64,000 bases of DNA from Phoronis australis. Its lineage: Eukaryota > Animalia > Phoronida. Location of the stretch: the NCBI GenBank assembly GCA_002633005.1, contig NMRA01000011.1:1248781-1312780 (forward strand), in the 5' to 3' direction. The position numbers and the translations under genes were made by a program. Of this stretch, positions 1 through 13,000 are shown piece by piece; position 1 is the first letter of the stretch; each line of letters opens with the position of its first letter. The notes beneath the pieces were generated by a model. The model did no database searches. It had not been told where the DNA came from and worked only from the letters and a program-made list of their open reading frames with translations.

Positions 1-99
1 ATACTGTGTCAGTTTAGTCAATCAATCTACAACAATCTGACGAGTAGATGGCATGCTAGCAGAAGACACCAGTTGACTATGCAGCAGGGAAGTGAGGTT

Positions 100-240
100 G
101 GACAAGGGAGGATGGGAGTGGGGGTCGGTTAAGGGAGGAGGGGTCAGTTAAGAGAGGATGGAGGATTGAGTCGGTTAAGGGAGGGGAAGGGTGGGGTCTG
201 TTAAGGAAGGAGGGTAATGGGGTCGGCTAATGGAGGAGGA
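100..240. repeat. Purine/G-rich degenerate tandem repeat
   Basis: GGGGTCGGTTAAGGGAGG-like units recur about 5 times. Confidence 0.7.
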
Positions 241-943
241 GAATGAAGCAATTCATTGGGTGTTAACCAATACATAATGTTGCTATTTGATCACACAAAG
301 ACCCATGAGGCAGAAAATCTGGGAACTTGAGGCTACATTCTCTGAGTTGAGAATTCATTTATTTGATAAGAACTTTACAACTACACATATAAACATTTGA
401 ACAACTTGTTTACCTAATGAACAACTTGTTTACCTAATGAACAATTTCTCATCCATTCATCTAGACTGATTTTTGGAACAGCGACTCATGATTTAGAAAA
501 GAAATGTGATTGACTAAAAAGTGTCATAGTATTACATGACCATGCTATCAGTGCATTAACTGTGTGCTACTTCAATTTTCCACGGATTACGACCAATTTA
601 GAAGAGCAGGCCAAAGCTCATATTTTGCCACATTTTGTAACAGAGAAACGCCCATGCAGATAACAAGATGTAACTAAGACAAACATACACAAGTTTATGG
701 AAAGGTTGTGAAAACATAGACATGAATATTACCATTTGGCCAGGAGTGCAAATACTGGACTTATTTAGGAAGAACTGAAAGTTATCCGTATCCATGGGAA
801 CAAATGATACTGATGCACAAATGTGACATTTCAATTGTAAAAAAATGTAAAAGCGAATTCTATAAATCTCTTGGAATAACGTCAGACTTGGACTGGTTTT
901 AATGGTGTATCCTGTGACCCTAAAATTCACCACCAAAATACAT

Positions 944-2215
944 AACAAGAGCAACGCGGGGCGTTGAAATGCGTTGCAAATGGTGTGATTTTAGGGTTAT
1001 TTATTTGTATCATAAAAATGGCCTAGATGGCGCAAAAACATACAATCCATCCAAAAACAGGAAAATGCCATATTTCATAAAAATCTGTCAAGGAACTTCA
1101 GAGATACAAAGAAAAACAGAATAAAATGAAATTGCCACTAGTGGGCACAGTGTCTGTTGGATCCGCCTGAAAGTCGTCATCATCGTCTGTTATCTTCATA
1201 TCAATACACTTACTAAATTTAATAAAGATCCTGCAGTGGGTTAAGGAGATGCAACTATGGGCGCAAAACAAAACTACCACTAGGAGGCGCAACAGTAGTC
1301 AGTCACCATCATCAAAGGTCGTCTTCACACTGAGAACATATATGCCAATTTTCAAATGATTTGCTCGATACCGGGGTGTACACCAAAAACAAGATTTGAA
1401 AACAGCAAAAATGGCCACTAGGTGGTGCAAAATACTTCGATTCCATCCAAAAACAGGAAGATAGCGTCGTCACATTAAAAGATGCCTACATTTAAAATTT
1501 TATGAAAATCTGTTGAGGACCTTTGAAGATACTGAGTTAAACGTAAAAAAACTAAAATTGCCACTAGGGGACACAGCAGTAGACAGATCTGTCCGAAAGT
1601 CGTCGTCATCCGTAGTCAACATCATATAAATACACTTGCTAAATTAAGTAAAGATCCTGCGAATGGTTTAGGAGATACAGCCATAGGAACAACAAAAACA
1701 AAACTGCCACTAGGAGGCGCCACAGTTGTCGAAATCGTCGGAAAAACATCGTCAACCGTCCTCTTTATAGTAAGCACATACCTGCCAATCTTCACAATCA
1801 TCCTTTGAGTGGTTTGGTTGATAGAGGGGTGGACGCAAAAAAAACAGACTCGAAAACAGTAAAAATGGCAACTAGGTGGCACAAACTACGTGAAATTCAT
1901 CCAAAAACAAGAGGATAGCGTCATCTCACTAATAGGTGCCTACATAACAAATTTCATGAAAATCCGTTCAGGACTTTTGAATATACAAAGGTAAGCGTAA
2001 AAAACTAAAATTGCCACTAGGGGGCACACCGGTAGTCGGATTTGTTCGAAAGTTAGCTCATGCCGTCCCATTCATGAATGGAACATATGTGCCAAATTTC
2101 ATGAACGTATGTCAAAGGGTTTTGGAGATAGAGCAGCAGACACTGGACGGACGCCGCCTGGACGGACGGAGATGACGGCATAATGCGTCCACATATAAAT
2201 ATGTGGGTGCATAAA
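944..2215 (-). mobile_element. Non-autonomous Helentron/HINE (DINE-1-like) element carrying a ~145 bp tandem array
   Basis: On the minus strand it starts TTATGCACCCACAT..ATGTGGACGCA (subterminal hairpin), followed by a (GTCC)n microsatellite, ~8 diverged ~145 bp units in a 3-mer higher-order pattern, and ends with the CAACGC-CCC-GCGTTG stem-loop plus CTCTTGTT. Confidence 0.6.
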
Positions 2216-2329
2216 AATGATGTTTCCGTTATGAAGTTAAATCACAGTTCAATCCTCCTGCCCTGAATCTGCAATATCATGTCTTACAGCACTTAATCCT
2301 AGAATGCTATAGAAAGACAGAGAGCGCTA

Positions 2330-2360
2330 CCAAGGAGTGTACTAGTACTACACTCCTTGG
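2330..2360. mobile_element. 31-bp hairpin mini-element with 5-bp flanking direct repeat
   Basis: CCAAGGAGTGTA-ctagtac-TACACTCCTTGG, flanked on both sides by CGCTA (2325-2329, 2361-2365). Confidence 0.5.
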
Positions 2361-3340
2361 CGCTACTGATCAATGTATATTTAGTAAAAGCAACGGACCA
2401 GGGAGGGGGAGCGGGGTTGATGTAATCTAGGTCCCAGTAAACAGTTGTAATTTAACAAAATGAACAGTCTACCATTAAATTCATATGAACTCTGAGCAAC
2501 AAATTCATAGTTTAGTAAATGAACTACATTGGTAAAAGTTTTGAAGCCCTTACACAAGCCTGAATGAGTAAGATATGAGTAAAGAGTGGTGAACTGGCAA
2601 AATATTTCTGGCTACAAAAACCAATATTGTTTGTTTTTTCTTCAGAGATTGAGTTCCTTATATTTAGTTAGAACAATGACTGCATTTCCAATAGCTACAG
2701 TGTATTGACTACTATTTCAGCAATTTACTGTAGTCAAAACAAGAGCAATGGTCAGAAAATGTCACAAATCAGATAAAGCCCAAATTTTTAACCTCTGTGT
2801 CATATCTTCCAACAAAAGTACTTTTAACATAAAATGAAATAAATTACCCAAATTATTCATATAGCAAAGCATCTGGTTTCTTTTTTGTTAAAATATTTTT
2901 AGAGGATGTTTTGTAAAACCATGAAGTGTACTGAAGAGGGCTATATTAATAGAGTTACACTTTAACTACAGAAAAACACAGAAATACAGCTGGAAATGAG
3001 AAGCTTTTTAAATTCGACAAGAGAGGGCAGCTCAGGCTTTGCGTGCATGGAAGAAGCAGACAATACCAGATGCAATGAATGATGCTAAAAAGCTATTCCC
3101 CATGTGTAAGACAATGAATAACGATAAATATCCAGTTTGTTGATGAGATTAAAACAAAAGCAAAATAAAGATAAAACAGCAAGAGCTCACAGTAACCTTG
3201 GGCTGCCTTTGTTGACAATAAGGTACTTGAAAACTTGCTATCAACAGTTTTTAAATGTTACCTTGTTTATAATCTCCTGTTGACAAATTGTCATTGAGGG
3301 AGGGGGGACTACATAGTTGCTGTGCCACTGGTGCCACTTT

Positions 3341-3873
3341 CAAGGCACTTTCCCATTAGGGCAACTTCGGTTTAATGAAGCTTCGCCGAAACTTCGCTTA
3401 CCTTTCCCACTAAACGGCGATACCAAATTTATCGCTAAGATACCGGACGACGCAGTTTATTTATACTTTCAAATATTGAGTAGTGGATTCGAGGCTACCT
3501 GAAAATTGTTCTCCTGCCATTTACGAGTTTTTATGAAAATGACCAGTGTCATTCTTCATCAGATATGCTTTGTTTTATTCATTTACGTCTGTCTATTGAG
3601 AGCATATCGGCTACGCTACAACAACAAAGAACATGTTTTGCAAGTCTCGTGTGAACGTATATCGTTGTCACGTCCTCTACCGACAACTTCAGCAAAGTTT
3701 TGCTTTGACCTTTCCCACTACACCGAAGTTTCAGTGTGTATCCAAGCTTAGCTTTTAAATTCTGTTATTTTCAGCAAAGTTTCGCTAGCAGATTAACTAC
3801 CGGAGTTAACCTTTCCCACTTACAGAAACTTCGGTAAAAGTGAAGTTTCCCCCTCTAATGGTAAAGTGACTTG
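3341..3873. mobile_element. MITE with terminal inverted repeats (Harbinger-like ends)
   Basis: CAAGGCACTTTCCCATTAG..AACTTC / GAAGTT..CTAATGGTAAAGTGACTTG; internal repeats of CTTTCCCACT; locally CpG-richer than the flanks. Confidence 0.7.
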
Positions 3874-4032
3874 TGGCAAGTGTTAGCAGAAGAGTAAAGC
3901 ATGGTGAAGTCACCTGGCCTAAAGATCTCTGGAACTTCTTCCAACCGAGTCTATTGAATTACATGACTGCGCTAATTACTGGAATTACCATTTTGGAAAG
4001 TTTATTTCTGAAACAGAAAGGGCATCTTACCT

Positions 4033-7000
4033 TCACGATGGTACGACAGCAACGACAATGATGGCTATGAAGAGGAAGACGATGACAACCAACATGGCTG
4101 AAAGTAACAACGGTGCCAATATTTGTGTTACACGTGAACTAAGAAATATGCCGGCAAATGATGCAAGAAGAGTTAATTGTTTTAATAACTGCAGAAACTC
4201 GAGACGAGGAATATTATATATCCTCATTAGAGGTTGACATCTTAAGTTACATGCTGTTTTCAGGGGGTAGAGGAGGGCAATTAATTAAAGATTTACTATT
4301 TTATGATACCTAATCCACAGCGTGAGCATAAACACAAAGCTCACTGTTCTGTAACCATCTTCTTGGGAGACAAATGTCCCTCACAGCAGTCAATACCGCA
4401 GGGAATGTTGTCATTTCTTGGTTTATTTATTTTCTTAATAACTGCCCCCTATCCTTGAGGTGTTAAAACCTCACATATTTATTCAGTGTGTGTTAACATT
4501 CACACACCAGTGGACAGATACCCACATCCTCTGTTTGACAACATTGTCATGTTATAGCATTCAAAAATGACACCTCTACCACAGGCAAGGTCAGTGCAAC
4601 TATCCCCAGTGGCTTTGTGGTTACGTGGTTTACCACTAGGTGGAGAACATGACTTCCACTTTCAATGCCCCCTGTTAAATTGCTCATTTTGTTAGGAAAA
4701 AAGAATGGCCAGCAGAGCAACTCCGGTGATAGATGATTCTTAACAACTCCTGACCAATAATTGGTAAAACACAATGGCAGTCACACCTGTCTCATAATTA
4801 AGTACATTCGTCATCCACTGACTTGCAATCTTCATGTAACCCACATAGACTTAATTTCAACATTTAACTCAGGTAAATGTCGCTTGAAAAGACGGTTTTC
4901 ATAAAAACGTGCACGCACTTGAAACTTGTTCAATGTCAACTGAAACTCTCCCACAGCCAAAGAGGCACCCACACATTCCGTCATAAAGCAACTATTGACA
5001 TTGATCACTTACTGTTATAAACATTGATCTCATTTTTTCCCTTGCTCTCATTACTGATTTCTAAGCTTCAGTGGCCAGTTTCACGAAACTGTCCCAATAA
5101 GGACTCGGCAATGCTCCCTATGCCTTCAACACATTTCTAGACTTTGTTTACTCACCAATGTTGTACTTTCAGACCACTTTCTTGAGTAGTGAGCTTCCTT
5201 TTTACTCAACACATTTTCTAATTATGATACATGTGAACACTGAGCCTTATTTCAATGAACATAAACAGGGACTAAGACCTCAAATTAGGAGCGTTGCATG
5301 CAAAGCCTTTATTTATTTTCAAAAAATATGAAGAACTTAGAATTTACTCTCAGAATGTCTCAAAGCTAAAACATGACGTAGCAGTAAAGATAAAATAACA
5401 GCACAAATGTGATGAAAATTTAGTTAATATAGTCGAGTCCTTACTCAAATTGTTTCATGAAACTGGCCACAGGAGGAATGGTAGTTATTGGTTCAGGCCA
5501 GGCTCAAGAAGTTTGTTTGTCATGGGGAGTTATGTTACTTTCCCACCAAAACTGCAACTTTGTATGTTCTAATGCAACTCCAACACGACTCAACTTACCT
5601 TTCCCATTGACTAGCCACAAAGGAGTGATTTAAACACCAGGTGGAGTATTTGATTCATATTTTCGAACTATTGAACTCAAGATTAATTAGCATCTCCTGC
5701 CATTTACAATGAATAATGCCAGACTGATCAGTGTTATGCTCTGTCAAATTTATGCCATCATATTCCTCTACCTGCAACTATTGATAGTTTGTAATGAAAG
5801 CCGCAGGAATGATGACTCTAATCGAGTCTCCCATGACTGATATTGCTAACGGTAGCGATTACTAAAACCTCAGTGGAGTTAATGTTTCCCACTGAAGTGA
5901 AGTACACACTCCACACTTTAAAACATCTATTTTGAGAGGAGTTGCGATGGCTAATTAAGTCTGGAAGTTGCACTTTATGCAAAAAGGGAAGTTGCAGTGT
6001 TGTTAGGAAAGTGACATTAATTTCAGCCACTATATCGGCCACGGAAAGACAATGCCCTTTATTGCGACCAATTTCAATTGAAACAAACTTTAAGGATAAA
6101 AACAACAATGACATCATTTCAAAGAGAGTTGATGTTTTTTAATACAAGAACATGGTATACAGGGCGCTAATCTACATATGAGAGACAAATCTTGTGGCAA
6201 ACTTACCACAGGAGCCGGACTTTTTCTCAATAATGGCTACATGACGTGTTTCCTTTATCAGCCTCGTGTGTGTCCTGTCTGTATGATCTGTGATGTCGTC
6301 AATTATTTCTGAAAAATAAAAACAATTAAGGATCATGAAATAAAAGTTTCATCAAAAATACTTCAAATTTTCCTAAGTTATACATGAGCAACACTGCCAC
6401 CTATCGAAAACCTTTCATGACGGGCAACAGAGCAGAAAAATAGCCTTATATGAAAATATGAGGCAGTGTGGCCAAGTGGGATAAGTGTTCGCTTCGTGGG
6501 CTCAAGACCCACTGGGGCATACTGCTAGATTCTTGAGCCAGGTTTCTATCTCCTCAGCTCAGTTTTTACTAGATAATAATAAAGCATAAAAATGGCCCCA
6601 TGTGATCAGTGCAATGAGCCCACCTGAGGAGCCTACGCACATCTGGTACAACGTAGACCAGACCACCTGCAATTATTTTTTAAAAATACAAGGACACCAA
6701 TCAAATTTTGGTGTTTTTTTCACAAAGCTGCATAGTAACCAGACATGCGCATGATATTTCTTCCACTGCACTGTCACTCTTGTCTATCAAAACCATCATC
6801 ACCTTCTTTCCTCTGGAATGAATCAAGTGTCACACTACAAAAGTTACATTGTTGGCAACAGGAAATTTGAAAAGCTGGACAAATATTCCTGGAAATGCAG
6901 TTAATGCAACAAAACTCAAAAGTGACTGGCATTTTGAAAATTAGGTCACTCATTTACCGTTTTTTCGTAACCTTAGTGACAAGTGAAGTCTTTTGGACAG

Positions 7001-10000
7001 TGCAATTAAGCCTTTCCCCAATATCATGCGACTGAGACAAAACAAGTCAGGGATAAGTGCTTGCTCCATTATATCAAAATCCATTGAAATGTACAAGACA
7101 ATAGCATAATAGTAACTAGAAAGATTATTGTCACGGGCGTGACAATAATGGACACTGCGCGCGTGTATTAAATGAATTGTTATGGGAAGTTACAGACAGC
7201 AACCCGTTAACCAATTCGAAAAGGAATTCTTTAAAATTGTAGGAATAATACCATGTTAATATTTTGATGACCTTTCCACTAATTGACCTGTTTTGGTGCA
7301 TTATGAGCCCCGATGAGAAAATAATTGTAAACTCGATTAAAAGTGTGGTTAATGCTAAGAATCACAGGTGTTTTACCTTAAGCACTTTAGAATACAATAT
7401 GAATGAATTGGTCAAACTTTCAGAAGTAAAATGCACCTAATGACCCCATGGGTGCACCAAATGACCCGATAATTTAGAATTCAAACTCAATCACATTTAC
7501 TAAACAGATATGTAATTTTTAAGTATCTAGCTCAAAATTTTAGTTTGCACTCAATGACCTTCGACCTATTTTTCTGATTGGTTAGGACGTTCGATTGGCA
7601 GTCCTTAACGAATCAAGATGCAGACATTCACAAAAATGAAAACATACAAACTCTAGAAACTATTTATCTCAGAATTGTAATCATTTCACAACAATCAAAA
7701 TCAGACTCATATTTCTTACCAGGATAGAATTCAGTTTCCAATACCAATAACAACATTGAAACCACCAGCAACTCAAGAATAAATCGGGTCTAGCCAACCC
7801 CTAAATGGTGCATGTATGCATTAACTTTGATTTGAGTTGATAACCTATTAAACAGTTTCTTTGAGCCAAACTTAAGTTGAATGAACTGCAAGAAAAGTTC
7901 ACCAAGATTTAATGAAACAACACTTGTAAGTAAACAAGACCTGGAACACAGCTATCGGAGCAAACAAAAGGGAAACAAATTAAGACTGCAACTTAAAAAG
8001 ATCAGGGGTTCCAATCTTGGCTTTGAATGCCAATGCTACAATAGATGATGAGATGTAACACCGTCTGTAGTATAACTAATGAGAACCAGCCAAGACACAG
8101 GACAGACTGCAGTTTTGGATGACAGATCAACTTGTTATTGATGATGAGTGGGGAACAATTGGACACTCAGACAATGTCAAATGGATTCAAGAGGTAAAAT
8201 TGGAGAATAATTAAAGAATGTGGCGATGGAAAATTAATGGAAGAGAGTATAAGTAAGGCAGTAGTAAAGGGGATGTGAGACCAAGATTGTTGGATAGGGA
8301 ACATGGATAATGTAAACAAATGGGACATCCGAGTTAATTATGGCAGATGAGAAATGCCTATTGTCTTTCCAAGATGTCCTGGTCGCTTTTTGAAACATGG
8401 TGAAACCATCAGAGCCAGTTTGATTCCATGTTATGTCGCGACGCAACAACGCTTGCATTCTTTGAGGTGTGAAAAATGTGTAACCGCAGAACGCAACCCG
8501 TGTAACTCTCAATGCGGCGGCTTTGAAAATAATCGTTTAAAACCTCATTGAAAAAACATCACACGTGCAGAATGGTGCGCTGGTTGTAAGGGAGTAGTTT
8601 TTGATCTACTTAAGAAGTAATTAGTGAAGACGAAGTCCGCATTTGATACAGAGGCTTGATATCATCAACGGTTTCATTTCAATTTCCCATGGAGTTCTCA
8701 AAAGAGATTGTTATATCCTGATCTTGTTTATTTGAACAAGTAAATTAATTGTCTAGATTGAATGAGATCGATTATTCATCTTTACCAGACTTTCATGGTC
8801 ACAACAGACCAGCATATTTATACTGTGTTTGTATGGTTGGCCAGAGCAGCATCGAGAGACAACAAAAACAACGCATCAACTAATGAAATACGGACCAGCC
8901 CCAACATCTGTGGTGATAAGCTTTCATTAAAAAATGAATAAAGTTGTATATTCCAGGTGAGAAGAGTTTGATTAATTTTGAGAGAAACACAGACTGGAAA
9001 CATGAAAGTGTTGACGGAGGAGAACCCACATTTTGATTGAAACCACGGAGAAAGTGATAAATCTAATGAAAAAGTAGCCATGGGTGAAATTAATTGTCAA
9101 CAAAATACGAAGTGTAAATGACTGGTCTATGCCAGGAATGACACATTTTTCAAATTGTTTTGACAAGTCTTAACACACCAGGTCAAAATGAAAAAATAAA
9201 TAAAAAGTCTTTTCATTTTGTACTCCCTCTGCTATCTTGAGTGATGTCACGCAATGAACATGCAAAATAAGCTGCTATTTAGAAAAAAAATTATTGATTT
9301 GTTTTTTTAAAGAATAAGACATAATTTTGACAACATTCGTCATGTCTGTGCATCTGCAATTTGTAAAGAGCTATCCATGATGGTTTATGAAAGAGCATCT
9401 ACAAAGTTTTAATTTATTATTTATTTTATTCACTGAACTATTAAAGTATATTTATTGTGTATCCATTGCAGAACTTTAATCTCATTGATTGTCAGCTACA
9501 AAATTAAGCTCTAGCTATTAAATAAACTTTGGGCCTCTATTTTGGCCATACCATTATGATAATCCACTTCATCTCCAATGTCCAGCGCCATCTGTTTTTG
9601 ACGAGCGACAACATTAGCCAATCCATCCAAACCTCTGTCTTGTTCTGAAAAACACCACCATATTGGGATTCTCTGCATAAAAATAGCACGTTTGTGTTGG
9701 GAATGTACTGTCACACTGGTGTATATAGTAAATAGTAACCAAACATGTATTACATTAGTAACTAGTTTCGAAATGCTAATAGAAAATTAATCACAAAGGA
9801 ATTGTTTTAACTCCAACTCAACAATCCCGGCACTATTGGAAGATGTTAAATTTGTCAGTGAATAGAAAATAACAGCTGCATATGTATGAATAATGACCCA
9901 GGAGGGATTGCAAGCAGATGTTGAAGATGTTGACATGTTGTGCCACCTTTTGAGTGAAATAGTAACTATTAATTCCATGAGACTAGCTTGTAGAGCCACC

Positions 10001-13000
10001 TATTGAGTGAAACAACAGCGAATGCAATTGGAGACGACTGAATAAAGAAAACAAAATGAAAACAGCTTTCTAAGTCATATTTCAAGTTGTATTGAGGGCT
10101 TCAATGAGTCAAAAATGGCCAACTTCAAAGTGATACAACATAACAAGGAAGCAGTTTATTAAGACAATGGTCTACCATTTCACATACTGGATAAAATAAT
10201 GTATTTGTTACTGCTAATCATAACATTTCTTTAAATCCATTATTTATCCACTAATAATTATGCAAGTTGACATCCGTGACAACTCCTTTTGTCATTTTCT
10301 GGCCTTCTGATTTTCAATGCTTTCAGCAATTTCATTGAACACTGATTTCCCTTGGCCCCCCCTAAATCCGCCACTGATACGTATTTTATATGGTGCTTGG
10401 AATGACCCATGATAAAAAGAGTAGAATTTTCCAGGTGATGTATCATTCTACAAATAGGCTTATGTGAAAGAAATTTTTTGTGTTGTAAAATTTAACTGCA
10501 CGAAACGTTTTTTGCATGAACAAAGTCAAAGTAACAATAAAAAGCGATGCAAAAAGAGGAAACTGGAAATCAAATAAGAGGAAATTGAAACCAATCCTCT
10601 CAAAAGAGGAAAATTCCAAGCCCTGTTTATAGGTGATAACTGAGGTAACAATGTGTCAGATTTTATATTTTCATGGAACAACACGTGTTGTCTGTCGAAA
10701 ATGAAGACATGTAACGATGTTTTAAAAACTTTAATAAGACACTTTGATGACTGATGTTTAAGGGTATAAAAAGTGAGGCATGGTGGCTTTTCTCTTCTCT
10801 CTAGTGACAGTAACAATATAAAGTTCAAACACAAAGTCACCAATAGGTTTTTAAAAAATCTCGATCAAATCACAATCTGAAAATTTTCACAGAAATAGTG
10901 GTCACGTGATTATAAATGACTGTGCGATAGTTTTCAGTCATCAAGAATTCTGAATTTTTTTCTTGCGTCCCCATAGTGTGTAACATTTTGAACTGAAATG
11001 CACAGTGCGAGTTTTGAAGGAAATACAACAAGGAGACCTGCCTCTGATCAAGTGTTGCTGGTGCTGTCGTATCTCTGCGCCCGACAAGTTTCTGGTCTGT
11101 TCCGTTTCCTGCGCCTCACCCCAGGGGTCACTTGACCAACCACCGACACCACCTTGATTGAACAGACTTGACCTGAAGGGAAAAACACAACAAGTTGGAC
11201 CAAATGAACACTGTGCTATTACACCATCTGAAAATTTTCAAACACGATAAAGGAAAGTTATCTAGTGCTTGCCTAGGATTTCAGGGCGAAGATATCTACC
11301 TCTGTCTACTGCTTTAAAATTTCTGAAACAAAAACTTTTGAGAGCATGTTGCACTACTGGGCCCATGGTTCCCAAACTTTACACGAGACTTGACTCAAAA
11401 ATTGGCTAATCACATGGCACACTTCGAGTGAACTTTGAAGTAATTTCACGGGATGTAATTAATTAATTTTCAAGTAAAGTGGTGAGTAAAATTTGACGTT
11501 CACAGGATGTGGTTAAAGACTATATTATAATGTGTATAATGATGAGAAGATGCTAGTTTTCTATGTTTTGTGCGATGCACAGAAGACGCACCCTGAACCC
11601 AGGTGATGTCCTCGAGAAGCACTCTATAAATTTTTTGAAGCACAGTAGTACACCCACTGCATAGCTGAGCACACAACACTGAACACATTGCACTCAGGTT
11701 TTTGTGCAACTTTGCTAAGAGTTCTGAGCGAGAGACTATCTAAACCTGTCGAAACCTACCATACAAGACAAACCTACCATACAAGACAAACATAACCAGA
11801 CTAAATACTGTTTTACAGTCACGACTAATTCTGTTAACAGCAAAAAGACTGGTAATGACTATGGGGGCAGCAAACCTCTAATTGTAGAATGGTTTAGCTA
11901 CCTTACCAACTTTCCTGATCATTCCTCTTCCCTGTAGCTCATGAGGGAAGACTGCTCTGCAATACACTTGGCTTCCACCCAGCTGTCATGACATGGAATT
12001 CTGGGTCATTTTGTCTGAATATTTTGTCTTGTACTGTACCTTTATTCATAAATTTAAAAATGCCTCAAAATTGCCAGACACATTTACCTGCCAGAGTCTT
12101 GACTAGCATCATTCTTAAACGCTTGATCAATCTGTTTTTCTTTAGTTAACAACGTGTCCATCATAACTTGTCTTCGATCCACTTCACGCTGTGTTCTTGG
12201 AACATTCAGCTAAGGAGGAACACAAGTGCTGCCATCTATAGAAACACTGACTTTCACCGTTCTCTCCCCTAATGGTTATTTTAGCAGAAATCACCTTTAG
12301 TTTTTATTTCAAGAGTGGCATGAAAATTTTCTGAATGTTGTCTTACTCTTGTCGGTTCATTTATGACACAGATCTAAATTATCCATAGCTTGCTGCATGC
12401 CATGTTGTGGAGTCTCAAAACCAAAAAAAGAACAGCACCACTTTCAAAAAGAATGAACTATTATGTCAGCTGCAAAGTGAATGTTGATCACCTGAATATA
12501 TATTAGAACTGTGTTATCAACAACTGAAATGAGTGAATTCCGTTGGAAACATTATAATCCCATAAAAGAAGTTTGATTCTATGAATCCTGCACGTCCTCC
12601 ATTTTCACAGAAAACCAAGATATCTACAAGTAATGTTAAGTATTCCCGCCAGGGGGCAGTTTTGAGTTTATCCCGGAGTTCTAGTTGGTCGGCGATGGTG
12701 AGTGTACGTGTGTGATGAATTACCTCCACACTGAGGCTGGACTTTCATATGTTTTGTTTATATACCTTCAAAGTACTGAGCGGTTATTTTCGTTAATGTG
12801 GTGAGCGTTTGCAACAGTGTGGACAACAGCGTCTAGTGCATGGAACTTGACTGTACAGTATCATTTTGGTGGGGGCTGTGGAACGCGTGAGGATGGTTTG
12901 GTGATGAAGACTGAAGATGCCGCAAGTTTCAAGTGTTGGCGTTCGACCCTGTCTTCATCCCCCGTTTTGTGTAACTCGTCAAAATGTAAATAGATGTGAA

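Noticed and set aside
598-954. 118-aa ORF and the many other 60-130 aa ORFs in the track
   Set aside because: No recognisable domains or compatible splice structure; consistent with chance ORFs in AT-rich intronic/UTR DNA or antisense shadows of real exons.
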